DNA of 43,662 nucleotides from an uncultured Bacteroidaceae bacterium (GTDB lineage Bacteria; Bacteroidota; Bacteroidia; Bacteroidales; GCA-2748055): contig CAYVTV010000003.1 in NCBI GenBank assembly GCA_964454295.1, positions 1 to 43,662 on the forward strand, in the 5' to 3' direction. A model generated the notes under the pieces. The model searched no databases, was not told where the DNA came from, and saw only the letters and a list, made by a program, of their open reading frames with translations. The translations under genes were made by a program, and so were the position numbers. This document shows, in pieces, positions 18,101 to 27,899 of this stretch (position 1 is its first letter; each line of letters begins with the position of its first letter).

Positions 18101-18529
18101 TTACTATACGGGGTTTTTAATGTGAACATGGACTATGGTTGGTTATTTCCCTGGTTCCCTGAAGGGTATAGCGTAGCATATCCGTGGCATGTTACCGATA
18201 AGTGGTCCCCCGAACTGGGTAACACAATCAATGCAAAGGACAAGGCGCCAAGATATGGGATCAGAAGTGAAACATCTGCTACCTACGATATTATTGATGG
18301 TTCATATCTAAGACTCAAGAATGCTGAAATATCCTATGAATTTCCAAAAAAATATTTGGCGGGATCAGGGTTGACTAATCTCAGGTTATACTTCACCGGT
18401 TATAATCTGTTAACATGGACTAAAGACGACTGGAGGGAAGACAGGGAAGCTCCCGGAGGAGGCGAAAGCATGCTGCTTTCATATCCGCTGATGAAAAGGT
18501 TTACGTTTGGTATAAACATCGGTTTTTAA
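15200..18529 (+). CDS. susC: SusC/RagA TonB-dependent transporter 1
   Basis: Carboxypeptidase-like domain (GTITDVNGNF), EVVVVGYG, PLILVDG, ISVLKDASATSVFGVRGANGVILITTKRG, GFFPS, WET and a C-terminal Phe. Confidence 0.97.
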   Translation: MKKSRKNSAFNPDRWKNKILILNAIIILLFSGIIQISAGFEGSSDLHLDYQKVTNEAYNQLAVTEAVSEKGTATSGKEISQPRTEISGVVEDVKGNPVIGANVYLKGTTIGTITDVNGNFTLLIPADAETLVFSYIGMITQEKPVGTTTLFKIIMQEAALEMDEVVVVGYGEQKKQSVVGAIATASGEQIKRMNVSEVSNSLTGSIPGLITIQQTSIPGGGDLNTLMAGSAGDVDQQTKIYIRGQSTWSGGQPLILVDGIERRMEELDANEISNISVLKDASATSVFGVRGANGVILITTKRGSVGKPALTFDAQHTTSMVSEMARPLNSYDVLDLRNKAIINVLTASPTSWEYFLPQEVLNYYKTQEYPEIFPDTDWPGEMMKNASTSYKFNTNITGGTQFVKYFGSLGYLHEGGILKGEDIGQGYKPNYDYDRLNFRSNLDFQFTQTTKVTLNLAGNYGIATNPGYSDNPRNRMRGLYSMPPDLFPVRYSDGYYAGYQGLSFVNPYVAMNLKGIDRVTQAQVFADVSMEQKLDAITKGLSVKATASYDYTLTERGRRIGGTSMATKWIDPNIIYAAPEDSAAFIYWDIPSSTHGYDFYPNPTTYYAGSYNGLSRRLFYQFSLNYLRTFGKHSVSALALMNRRESAGGSSFVSKREDWVGRITYDYDSRYFMEVNAGYNGSEKFDRKYRFGFFPSIGGGWMVSNETFFKEAFPWWSTFKLRYSHGIVGSDDGIERWLYIGSWRTTNAQYILGQPPTQTGYRVSFEGDVPNPDIHWETAVKKDIGIETGFFKNAVKVSFDYFTDDRRDMLIAATDRTTPITIGAPLPPGNLGKTETHGYELDMEFRKYFNIGIGFSSRFSIGYVKDKVLYRDDPDLKPDYQKQAGYPIDQTREYLDYGIIQNWDEVYYTTLYAINSGMLPGEMRIIDFNCDGVINEQDQAPYGYPNRPQYNYSYNFSVSYKGFTLYALLYGVFNVNMDYGWLFPWFPEGYSVAYPWHVTDKWSPELGNTINAKDKAPRYGIRSETSATYDIIDGSYLRLKNAEISYEFPKKYLAGSGLTNLRLYFTGYNLLTWTKDDWREDREAPGGGESMLLSYPLMKRFTFGINIGF

Positions 18530-18549
18530 TAACAAAAAATGATTTGAAC

Positions 18550-20379
18550 ATGAAAGCAAAACATTCATATATATCTATTAAAGGACTCTTGCTTTTAATT
18601 TTAATTATTGCGGGTTGTGATGATTATCTTGATCAGACACCTGATGCGGTAATAACCGAAAAGGATGTTTTTGGGAATTATGAGAAGGCACAGGGTTACC
18701 TGGATAAACAATATGCTCATGTTTTAGATAAGCTGGTATTCCGTAGTGGAGGATTTTCAGGTTATGGAGATGATTTTGTTGCCCAAAGAGCCGGTGTTCA
18801 ATATATGGGACGGGGGTTATATGACCGATGGGCAGGTATGCCTGAATTCTGGTCTTATTTTTATTATACAGGCAATCTTTGGAACGCGTTTAATCCTATA
18901 CAAGGCAGCGGGCAGGGAGTTAATGCCGCCGGTATCTGGCCGGTAGGCTGGGTGATGATACGTGATGCCAACCTTGTTCTGAAACAATTGGATAATGGCA
19001 TAATGACGGATGCCACAGAGGAAGAGAGGGATCTTATAAGGGGTCAGGCCCTCTTCTTTCGTGCGTATCATTATTGGAATTATGTGCAGAACTGGGGCGG
19101 GATGCCATATATTGACAAGTTCCTTGAAGGTAATGATGATCCCTATCTTCCCCGGTTATCCACCTGGGAAACAATCGAAAAAATGGTCATTGACCTTGAT
19201 GCTGCTGCCGCTTTGCTTCCTGAAGACTGGGATAAAACGGTAGTCGGAAGTAGTACCCCCGGTAAAAACATAGGAAGGATAACTAAAGGTGCGTGTATCG
19301 CACTGAAGGCCAAAGCTCTCCTGTATGCAGGGAGTCCAAGTTATGTGCTCGAATCATCAGGCGTTCTGGAATATAATGCCGATTACCTGATGCGTTCTGT
19401 TGCGGCATTATGGGAAGTTATTCAAATGGCTAACAGAGGCATCTATAGTCTCGTTCCCTGGGAGCAATATTTTCAACAATTTGCACGTAATGATGGTTTT
19501 GCCGCATGGTCAGATGAAACAATTCTTGCATGTATGAATATAGCTAAGGGAATGTGGGCAGGATTAGGAGGGAATGCCTTTATTCAGATTCACGGCAGGA
19601 ATATCAGCCCACAACGTTTCGGTGATCAGGATATAACAGCATGTGTAACCCAGAATATGGTTGAAATGTTTGAAATGGAAAACGGTCTCCCAATTGAAGA
19701 TGCCGATTCAGGGTATGACCCTATGGATCCCTGGAGTAACCGCGATCCACGGTTCAGGGGTAATGTGCTGGTCGACGGGGATGAATGGACCTTTGCAAAT
19801 CCGGAGGAGAACAGGCTGGATATGTATGTGGGAGGAAAAGATACAGGCCCTGAGTTTCAAAGTCCATTTATTTTTAAAAAATACTGGCCGAAAGGATGTA
19901 ATGACTATGATAAGCAGTGGACACAATGGACTGCCAGTAACCCGGTGATCCGTTTAGCTGATATTTATCTGTTTTATGCCGAAGTTGTAAATGAACTTTG
20001 GGGGCCGGATGGAACTGCTCCCGGAGCTTCACTCACAGCTGTTGAAGCAGTTAATTTAATCCGTGACAGGGCTGGAATGCCACCGGTAGCTGAGAAGTTT
20101 CTTGGGAGTAAAGAAGACTTTCGCGAAAGGATATGGAACGAAAGGGCTGTGGAACTTATCGGAGAGGATGGAACACGCTGGCATGACCTTCGAAGATGGC
20201 ATGTCGGACATCTCGACAAATACAAGATTTGTTACAAACTTGAATTTGATAAAAACCGCACATATTTTAATAAAGTGGTTGCCCACGCAAAAGTATTTGA
20301 AGAAAAACATTACTGGCTTCCTATTCCTATTGAAGCCACACAGGTATATAAAGGATTCTATCAGAATCCGGGATGGTAG
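18550..20379 (+). CDS. susD: SusD/RagB family lipoprotein (cognate of SusC1; close paralog of 1743-3572)
   Basis: Lipobox IAGC-DDYLD, SusD motifs as in the orphan copy, and a QNPGW terminus. Confidence 0.96.
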   Translation: MKAKHSYISIKGLLLLILIIAGCDDYLDQTPDAVITEKDVFGNYEKAQGYLDKQYAHVLDKLVFRSGGFSGYGDDFVAQRAGVQYMGRGLYDRWAGMPEFWSYFYYTGNLWNAFNPIQGSGQGVNAAGIWPVGWVMIRDANLVLKQLDNGIMTDATEEERDLIRGQALFFRAYHYWNYVQNWGGMPYIDKFLEGNDDPYLPRLSTWETIEKMVIDLDAAAALLPEDWDKTVVGSSTPGKNIGRITKGACIALKAKALLYAGSPSYVLESSGVLEYNADYLMRSVAALWEVIQMANRGIYSLVPWEQYFQQFARNDGFAAWSDETILACMNIAKGMWAGLGGNAFIQIHGRNISPQRFGDQDITACVTQNMVEMFEMENGLPIEDADSGYDPMDPWSNRDPRFRGNVLVDGDEWTFANPEENRLDMYVGGKDTGPEFQSPFIFKKYWPKGCNDYDKQWTQWTASNPVIRLADIYLFYAEVVNELWGPDGTAPGASLTAVEAVNLIRDRAGMPPVAEKFLGSKEDFRERIWNERAVELIGEDGTRWHDLRRWHVGHLDKYKICYKLEFDKNRTYFNKVVAHAKVFEEKHYWLPIPIEATQVYKGFYQNPGW

Positions 20380-20423
20380 ATTAAAAACATAACTATTTTG
20401 CAATAACCTAAAACTTTTAATAC

Positions 20424-23400
20424 ATGAAAAGAAATCAAATATGTTTATTTATACTTTGTTGTCTTGCTTGTACAACAATGTTTGAGGTAAACATCTTAGG
20501 ACAGGAACCGGATAAGATTCTGATAAGTGCTAAAATTACGGATGCAGAAGGCAACCCCCTGGTTGGTGCTGAAGTCAGAAGTGACAGAAGCAGAACAGTG
20601 ATAACCACCGATGAAGAGGGTATGTTTTCAATGGAGGTGCTTACCTCGGCCATGATCCTTATTGAAGCAGAAAATTTCGAACCTTATAAAGTTCAGGCTG
20701 TATCATTAGTAAATGGCGCTTCGGTTACTTTGATCAAAATGCCATTTCATCTGGGTAAAGAGGATGAAGTGGTAATGCCGTTTACTGTTATGGAGAAAAG
20801 AAAAATCGTAAGCCCTGTTTATTCACTTAAGACTGCAAATATTGCAAAAACAGATGCTAAACTGGGAATAACGGAAGCATTGCGGGGGAGGGTACCGGGA
20901 CTTTATGGCACAAATAGTATCAGGGGATTAAGCAATCCGCTTATTATTGTAGACGGTTTTACCCTGGCATCTTCCTCTCGTGGAAGTGATTTTAACATGC
21001 TTGATTTTATGGATCTTGAGGAAATTGCTGAGATCACAGTGTTAAAAGATGCTTCTTCCCGCATGTTGTATGGTTCTGAAGCCAATAACGGCGCAGTTAT
21101 CATTACATCTAAACGCGGAGAATCACATAAATCAACGATCGGCCTTAGAACTGAAAGCGGAATACGCACACCAATCAGTTATCCTGATTATCTGGATGCT
21201 GCAGATTATATGGCCATGTATAATCGTGCCTCAATAAATGACGGAGGTTTGGCAAAATATTCTGATGAAGATATTGAAAATACCCGCAACGGGACGGATC
21301 CTATTCGTTATCCAAATGAAGAGTTTTTCAATTCTACATACCTGAATGATTTTTCACCCTTTTTCCAATTATCAGCCAATGCATCCGGGGGTAATGAAAA
21401 TGCAAGGTATTATTCAAGGCTTAGCTGGTATCATTCCGGTGACCTTTATGCTCTTGAACAGGAAAATAAAAGCTTTGCCGAAAATAATCTGACATTTCGC
21501 GGAAATGTTGATTATAATGTAAACGATTGGCTTAGTGCCAGTCTGGATGCATTTTTCCTGATTGGCTCCGACAGGGAACCCGTAAGGAACTTTTGGTCTG
21601 ATGCTGCAACTCATCTTCCCAATGCATATCCATTGCTGATCCCTTTAGATATGGTTGGCGATGAGACTTTATTGGAAAAAGCAAGAATATATGACGGAAA
21701 TGTTCTCGGCGGAACAAATCAATATAAGAATAATATTTACGGGAATTTTGTTCAGGGAGGGTTTAGAACTCCTACTACAAGAATGTCCAGAATAAATACA
21801 GGATTTGATTTTGATCTTGATATGATCACCGAGGGTTTAACAGCTCAGATAAAATTTAATTATGATATTTTAAGCAGTTATATTCTGAGTTATAACCACG
21901 AATATGCAGTATATGAACCCAGGTATGTTCCTGCAACAGGCTATGAAGGCGATAGCTTAACCCTGACAAAAATAGGCCTTGACAGAAGAAATCAGAGCCA
22001 GGGTCTTTCCAATCCAATGGCAGAAAGAAGATTAGGCATATTATCTTCTGTAAATTACAATAGGGTTTTTGCTGAAAAGCATAATATATCAGCCATGGCA
22101 ACAGGATACTGGAGTCATTATGACGTTATGGCCGACTTTTATACTAACAAGTATAATAATTTCGGATTGAATGCGAATTACATGTATGATAACCGGATTG
22201 TTCTGAATCTTACAGGGATACTTACCGGTTCTGGCTATTTGCCCGGTGGAGATCGTTATAGGATTTCCCCGTCGGTGGGTTTGGGATGGATCGTTTCCGA
22301 GGAAAGCTTTTTGTCGGGGAATAATGTTGTGAATTATTTAAAAGTAAAGGTAAATTATGGCACTTTACTTACAGATGATGGGATGCCGGACAGAAGGATA
22401 TATGCCAGCACCTTTAGTTCAAGTGGTAGTTTAACCTATAATCAGGGATTAAATTCAAACTCAGGAAAGCGTTTCAGTAATTTCGGGAATCCCGGTATTA
22501 GCTTTATTTCCCGCAATGATTTTAATATTGGTATAGAATCTATGCTTGCCGGAAAGCGGATTTGGGTTGAAGCGAGCTATTTTAAGAGTCTAGAGTCAGG
22601 AGTGATCACAAAACGTTCAGATGCATATCCCTCATATATTCCTGTTCTACAATATGAAAATTATGAAAAATACAGCGATGCAGGATTTGATGCCGGATTT
22701 ACTATTAATGAAAAGCTGGGTGATTTCCATTTCAGTTTTGGGGGAAACTTGGTATATGTGGTTCCGAAAGCTGTCCGGATTGATGAGCCGGAATACATTA
22801 ACGCCCCTTATCGTCAATTGCAGGGACAGCCTTATGATGCCATATTTGGTTATGAGGCGATAGGCTTATTCAGGGATACCGATGAGATAGCTGCACATGC
22901 ATCACAAGTTGCTTTGGGAGCAGTTATCCCCGGGGATATTAAGTATAAAGATCTGAATGATGATGGAAAAATAGATGAGAATGATCTGAAAATTATCGGG
23001 TATTCCAGGGCCCGGCTGGGTTACGGAATCAACCTTACACTTAAGTATGATAAATTCAGTTTATTTGTTTTAGGAACGGGTCAGGGAGGCAGTCAAAGAA
23101 TTTTCAGCAACTCATACTACTGGCAGGTTGGTCAGACAGCAAAATATTCAGTAAGTGCCATGGATTACTGGACTCCTGAAACCGCAAATACAGCTACAAA
23201 ACCAATACTACATCTGAATGCAGCAGATAATAACTTTAGAAACAGCACTTACTGGATTGAAAACAATAATTGGTTTTCTCTGCATACCATCCAATTGACC
23301 TACCGGATGAAATCCACATTTGCAAATAATGTGCAGGTTTATATACGCGGACATAATCTGGCCACTATTTCTCCAATTAAGGACAAGTTGGAACTGAATA

Positions 23401-23456
23401 TAGGTTCTGCTCCACAAATGAGAACGTATGCTGCAGGTCTTGTTATAATGTTTTAA
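20424..23456 (+). CDS. susC: SusC/RagA TonB-dependent transporter 2
   Basis: PLIIVDG, ITVLKDASSRMLYG..NGAVIITSKRG, PGDIKYKDLNDDGKID and a C-terminal Phe. Confidence 0.95.
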   Translation: MKRNQICLFILCCLACTTMFEVNILGQEPDKILISAKITDAEGNPLVGAEVRSDRSRTVITTDEEGMFSMEVLTSAMILIEAENFEPYKVQAVSLVNGASVTLIKMPFHLGKEDEVVMPFTVMEKRKIVSPVYSLKTANIAKTDAKLGITEALRGRVPGLYGTNSIRGLSNPLIIVDGFTLASSSRGSDFNMLDFMDLEEIAEITVLKDASSRMLYGSEANNGAVIITSKRGESHKSTIGLRTESGIRTPISYPDYLDAADYMAMYNRASINDGGLAKYSDEDIENTRNGTDPIRYPNEEFFNSTYLNDFSPFFQLSANASGGNENARYYSRLSWYHSGDLYALEQENKSFAENNLTFRGNVDYNVNDWLSASLDAFFLIGSDREPVRNFWSDAATHLPNAYPLLIPLDMVGDETLLEKARIYDGNVLGGTNQYKNNIYGNFVQGGFRTPTTRMSRINTGFDFDLDMITEGLTAQIKFNYDILSSYILSYNHEYAVYEPRYVPATGYEGDSLTLTKIGLDRRNQSQGLSNPMAERRLGILSSVNYNRVFAEKHNISAMATGYWSHYDVMADFYTNKYNNFGLNANYMYDNRIVLNLTGILTGSGYLPGGDRYRISPSVGLGWIVSEESFLSGNNVVNYLKVKVNYGTLLTDDGMPDRRIYASTFSSSGSLTYNQGLNSNSGKRFSNFGNPGISFISRNDFNIGIESMLAGKRIWVEASYFKSLESGVITKRSDAYPSYIPVLQYENYEKYSDAGFDAGFTINEKLGDFHFSFGGNLVYVVPKAVRIDEPEYINAPYRQLQGQPYDAIFGYEAIGLFRDTDEIAAHASQVALGAVIPGDIKYKDLNDDGKIDENDLKIIGYSRARLGYGINLTLKYDKFSLFVLGTGQGGSQRIFSNSYYWQVGQTAKYSVSAMDYWTPETANTATKPILHLNAADNNFRNSTYWIENNNWFSLHTIQLTYRMKSTFANNVQVYIRGHNLATISPIKDKLELNIGSAPQMRTYAAGLVIMF

Positions 23457-23477
23457 ATTGTTATAAATAAAGTACTT

Positions 23478-25187
23478 ATGAAAAGGTATATATATTTAAT
23501 AATCGTAATAGTAATCGGAGTTTGCTTCTTTTCTTGTGAAGATTTTCTTGAACCGGAAACAGATAACCGGATTGATGAAGATTATCTTAAAAGCAATCCG
23601 GCTGCAGCTGAAGGTATTTTGCTAAGGGCATATATTGATCTGCCAGGATCTTATGATTTTAGCATTGAATCCGCAACAGATGATGCCGTGACTAATAATT
23701 TTGATCTAAGTATATGGGCTATGGCCAATGGTCAGTGGTCGGCTACAAATGACCCTGTCTCAACATGGTCAGGTTATGAACAGATTTTTTATTTAAATTC
23801 TTTTTTGGAGATTAAAGATGAAGTGCAGTGGGATTTTAATTCTGAACGGGCACATGAATTGAACCTTCAGCGTTTAACAGGAGAAGCGTTTGGCTTAAGG
23901 GCATGGTATCAATTCATGCTCCTGCAAAGTCATGCCGGACCCTCTCCGGACGGAACAATGCTTGGTTTTCCAATTATTCTGGAACCTTTGGGAATACAGG
24001 ATGACTGGAAACTTCCTCGCAATACTTTTGAAGAATGCATTACTCAGATAATTTCGGATTGTGATTCAGCTATTGCTAATTTACCGGATAAATACATGGA
24101 TATTCCCGGTGACAACATTTACAATATGACAATGGGAGCCAGGTGGACAAACAGGTTCACAGCTAATGCTGCAAAGGCACTCAAATCCAGGGCTCTTCTA
24201 TATGCTGCCAGTCCGGCCTTTAACATGTCAGGCGGTAATACAAAATGGGAAGCTGCAGCTATTTTTACCGGAAGTTTTCTTAATGAAAATGGAGGTATAT
24301 CGGCAATATCTCCGACAGGTTTGAATTTTTGGATTTATCCTGCAGGTGGACCTGCTGATCCTGAAATTATCTGGGGGTCGAGCATTTATCAATCTAATGA
24401 CCTGGAACAAACATATTATCCGCCTTCGCATTATGGCCAGGCTGAGGTGAATCCTACACAGGAATTAGTTAATGCATTTCCGATGGCAAATGGATATCCA
24501 ATTACTCATCAGGATGCAGGTTTCGATGAAAATTATCCATATCATAACAGGGATCCCAGACTCGAAAAATTTATCATTCGTGACAGCTCGGTTTATGGTG
24601 TGAAAGGACTTATACGTACCTATCTTGGATTTCCGGTGAACGGTATTAATCAACAAACTAATTCCACCCGTACAGGGTATTATCTAAGGAAATTATTGCT
24701 TGAAAATGTTACGATATTTCCAATACCGGTTAGTCAAATACATTTCTATACTTATATACGTTTTACAGAAATATTATTAAACTATGCTGAAGCAGCCAAT
24801 GAGGCATGGGGTCCGGATAATGGGGGCACTGTCGGCATAACGGCAAGAAATGCACTGATTACTATTCGCAACAGGGCAGGAATCTCTCAGCCTGATTCAT
24901 ACCTTGCCTCTGTTATTGAAAAGGATGATATGCGTGAATTAATACGCAGTGAAAGAAGAATTGAACTATGTTTCGAAGGACACCGTTTCTATGATATCCG
25001 AAGATGGGATGATAAATCTACAATGAAATCACCGGTTACCGGAGTAAAAGTTACACCAGGCACACCAAACAGTTTTGAGTATTTTCAGGTTGAACCAAGA
25101 AATTACCAGGATCATATGATCTACGGTCCAATACCGTATAATGAAATCCTTAAATACAGCGGATTAATTCAAAATAAGGGATGGTAA
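23478..25187 (+). CDS. susD: SusD/RagB family lipoprotein (cognate of SusC2)
   Basis: Lipobox FFSC-EDFLE, GEAFGLRAW, LYAASP, RDPRL, TGYYLRK, ERRIELCFEGHRFYDIRRW and QNKGW. Confidence 0.96.
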   Translation: MKRYIYLIIVIVIGVCFFSCEDFLEPETDNRIDEDYLKSNPAAAEGILLRAYIDLPGSYDFSIESATDDAVTNNFDLSIWAMANGQWSATNDPVSTWSGYEQIFYLNSFLEIKDEVQWDFNSERAHELNLQRLTGEAFGLRAWYQFMLLQSHAGPSPDGTMLGFPIILEPLGIQDDWKLPRNTFEECITQIISDCDSAIANLPDKYMDIPGDNIYNMTMGARWTNRFTANAAKALKSRALLYAASPAFNMSGGNTKWEAAAIFTGSFLNENGGISAISPTGLNFWIYPAGGPADPEIIWGSSIYQSNDLEQTYYPPSHYGQAEVNPTQELVNAFPMANGYPITHQDAGFDENYPYHNRDPRLEKFIIRDSSVYGVKGLIRTYLGFPVNGINQQTNSTRTGYYLRKLLLENVTIFPIPVSQIHFYTYIRFTEILLNYAEAANEAWGPDNGGTVGITARNALITIRNRAGISQPDSYLASVIEKDDMRELIRSERRIELCFEGHRFYDIRRWDDKSTMKSPVTGVKVTPGTPNSFEYFQVEPRNYQDHMIYGPIPYNEILKYSGLIQNKGW

Positions 25188-25212
25188 ATATTTTTATTAA
25201 AATTATATTACG

Positions 25213-26226
25213 ATGAAAAATATATTATTTATATTATTTGGGGTTCTTGTCATTGCAGGATCATGTTCAAATCAGGAAATTGATTATCCGGATTTTGAAT
25301 ACAATGCAGTGTATTTTCCACTGCAATATCCATTGCGAACTTTAGTGCTTGGAGACGACCGTATCGACAATAGCCTGGATAAGGAGCTAAAATTCCATAT
25401 CGGAGCAATTATTGGCGGTATGTATAAAAATACTGATACATGGACCGTTGACTACATAGTGGATACCACACTTGCGGTCAATTTATACAATGGTAAAATT
25501 CAACGAATATATGAATTACCGGAGGAGTATTATACCATGACACCGGAAAATACATTGACTATTCCCCCGGGCTCTTTTAACGGGCTGATCCAGATCCAAC
25601 TTACCGATGAATTTCTGGATGACCCTTTAGCTATAACCGGACAATATGTTATTCCCCTGAGAATGACTTCCACTAATGCGGATAGCATGTTAACAGGAGT
25701 TCCGGTAGTTGATGAACCCAGTAAAATTAAATCAACTGACTGGGAAGCCAGCAATCAACCTAAAGATTTTGTGCTGTATGGAATAAAATATATTAATCCC
25801 CTTCATGGTAATTATCTCCACAGAGGTAAAGATGTTACTTATAATGCGGAAAACGAAATAATAAATGAGGTGGTTTACTCCCAGCCTCATGTAGAAAAAG
25901 ACCAATTATGGCTGCTTACTACCACAGGAAGATATGAAGTTACTACAAATGGAGTTGGGATAAATACGGGAGGAAGATATAAAATGAAGCTGATATTTGA
26001 TGATTCAGGAAATATTCAGGTGGAAGCCATATCATCTTCTCCGATAAAAGCTAATGGTTCGGGAAAGTATGTAGAAGATGGTGGCGAATGGGGCGGACAA
26101 AAACATAATGCTATTTTCCTTGAATACACCTATCTGCTGGGAGGAAATAATCATGTGGTGAATGACACATTAGTATTCAGGGATAATGGAGTGAAGTTTG
26201 AACAAAATACGATTATAACATTCTAA
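25213..26226 (+). CDS. Accessory surface lipoprotein (DUF1735/DUF5627-like)
   Basis: Lipobox AGSC, VYFPLQYPLRTLVLG, YVIPL and KYINPLHGNYL. It follows a tandem susCD. Confidence 0.8.
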   Translation: MKNILFILFGVLVIAGSCSNQEIDYPDFEYNAVYFPLQYPLRTLVLGDDRIDNSLDKELKFHIGAIIGGMYKNTDTWTVDYIVDTTLAVNLYNGKIQRIYELPEEYYTMTPENTLTIPPGSFNGLIQIQLTDEFLDDPLAITGQYVIPLRMTSTNADSMLTGVPVVDEPSKIKSTDWEASNQPKDFVLYGIKYINPLHGNYLHRGKDVTYNAENEIINEVVYSQPHVEKDQLWLLTTTGRYEVTTNGVGINTGGRYKMKLIFDDSGNIQVEAISSSPIKANGSGKYVEDGGEWGGQKHNAIFLEYTYLLGGNNHVVNDTLVFRDNGVKFEQNTIITF

Positions 26227-26386
26227 TGTTGAGTAACAATTTTTACTCTGTTAAAAAGTATCTGGAAGTCTTCAACTACCGTGAACATAAAAAATCTGTA
26301 ATATTTAGTGAAACCCTTATGCCCTATCGTCTTAAGAAGGGTATGCTCCGAACACGTTGATTAGTAAAACCATAATCATTTCTAAT

Positions 26387-27736
26387 ATGAACAGGGAACA
26401 TTTTTTAAAAACATGTGCCGCATTCGGTTCAGGATTTTTGCTTAATCCGGTATCTTCGGCAGCATCATTAAATACCTCCGGGAAATCGTTACGGGTTGGT
26501 TTTGTGGGTACCGGCAGCAGAGGCCTGGCTATTATCCGGAATCTATTAAAAATAGAAGGACTTCAAATCCCTGCAATCTGTGACATTAACGAAACAAACT
26601 TAATGCGTGCCAATGATTATATCATTAATGCAGGCCATAAAAATCCTGATTTGTATTCCCGCAATGAGACTGATTTTATGAGGTTGTGCGACAGGAAGGA
26701 TCTTGATGTCGTATTCACTGCCACTCCATGGGAATGGCATACACCTGTCTGCCTGTCTGCTATGAATGCAGGTAAACATGCAGCTACCGAAGTCCCTGCT
26801 GCAACAACAGTGGATGAATGCTGGCAACTGGTGGAAACCTCCGAACGGACAGGCCTTTACTGCACTACCCTGGCTAATGTGGCTTATTATAAAAATGTCA
26901 TGACAGTCACTAAAATGATACATGCAGGGATTTTTGGAGATATGCTTCATGCTGAAGTAGGATATCAGCATGATATCCGTCCGGGCAGATTTAATAATAA
27001 TACTTTAAAATATTATAATGAAACGGGCCAGGCCCATTGGCGGGTACGTCATCATGAAAAAAGGGAGGGTAATCTTTATCCCATACATCCTGTTGGGTGC
27101 GTTGCGCAATGGATGGGTATTAACCGTGGTGACAGATTTTCATACCTGGTATCCATGAGTAGCCCTTCCAAAGGATTAAATGTATTTGCAGCCAGAGAAT
27201 TTGGTGAAGACCACCCTCTGGCTAAAAGAGAGTATGCTCATGGTGACATTAATACTACACTCATTAAAACAGCAAAAGGATTAACGATCACTCTGTATCA
27301 CGATTGTGCCACATATCGCCCTTATGACCTTATTTTACGTGTTCAGGGAACTGAAGGGATCTATTCAGGTTCACACAATGGAATTTATATCCATGGAATA
27401 AGCCCGCAGGAAGACAGATTTCATTACCAATATGAAAATTTCGATGATGCTGAATTTGTAAAAAAATATACTCCGGCATTATGGAATGAACTGGGTGAAA
27501 AAGCCAAAGGATCAGGACATGGCGGAGGAGATTTTATGGTGATATATCGATTTATAGAAGCTGTTCGTAACCGTATTAACCCTGATATTGATGTATATGA
27601 TTCTGCCAGCTGGAGTGTTATTAGCGAATTGTCAGGCAGGTCAGTCAGGGAAGGAAGCAGACCCGTAGATATCCCGGATTTTACCAAAGGAGCATGGAAA
27701 CACAGGAATATGAATGACTCTGTTTTTGTAAAATAA
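26387..27736 (+). CDS. GH109 / Gfo-Idh-MocA NAD+-dependent glycosidase (N-acetylhexosaminidase-like)
   Basis: Tat-like leader, GFVGTGSRG, ATPWEWH, EVP, GNLYPIH, INRGDRF, GHGGGD, DVYD and IPDFT.GAW. Confidence 0.9.
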   Translation: MNREHFLKTCAAFGSGFLLNPVSSAASLNTSGKSLRVGFVGTGSRGLAIIRNLLKIEGLQIPAICDINETNLMRANDYIINAGHKNPDLYSRNETDFMRLCDRKDLDVVFTATPWEWHTPVCLSAMNAGKHAATEVPAATTVDECWQLVETSERTGLYCTTLANVAYYKNVMTVTKMIHAGIFGDMLHAEVGYQHDIRPGRFNNNTLKYYNETGQAHWRVRHHEKREGNLYPIHPVGCVAQWMGINRGDRFSYLVSMSSPSKGLNVFAAREFGEDHPLAKREYAHGDINTTLIKTAKGLTITLYHDCATYRPYDLILRVQGTEGIYSGSHNGIYIHGISPQEDRFHYQYENFDDAEFVKKYTPALWNELGEKAKGSGHGGGDFMVIYRFIEAVRNRINPDIDVYDSASWSVISELSGRSVREGSRPVDIPDFTKGAWKHRNMNDSVFVK

Positions 27737-27777
27737 TCAGCTTCTTGTGGGTTGAATTTCTCTCAGGTTAAATATGT

Positions 27778-27824
27778 GAGGATGAAGAGGCGGATATATT
27801 CTACTGCCTTCATCTTCTTTTTTT
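27778..27824 (+). terminator. Probable intrinsic terminator
   Basis: Imperfect stem GAGGATGAAG-AGGCGG / CTGCC-TTCATCTTC followed by a T run. Confidence 0.6.
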
Positions 27825-27899
27825 AATTACACAGTGATTCTAACTCTGCTGATAGAATAAAATAAAGAAAAATATTATTGGTTCTAAATAATAATCTTC

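Noticed and set aside
26311-26343. Weak hairpin ACCCTT..AAGGGT before GH109
   Set aside because: The stem is only 6 bp with no U-tract, which is too little to call a terminator or riboswitch.
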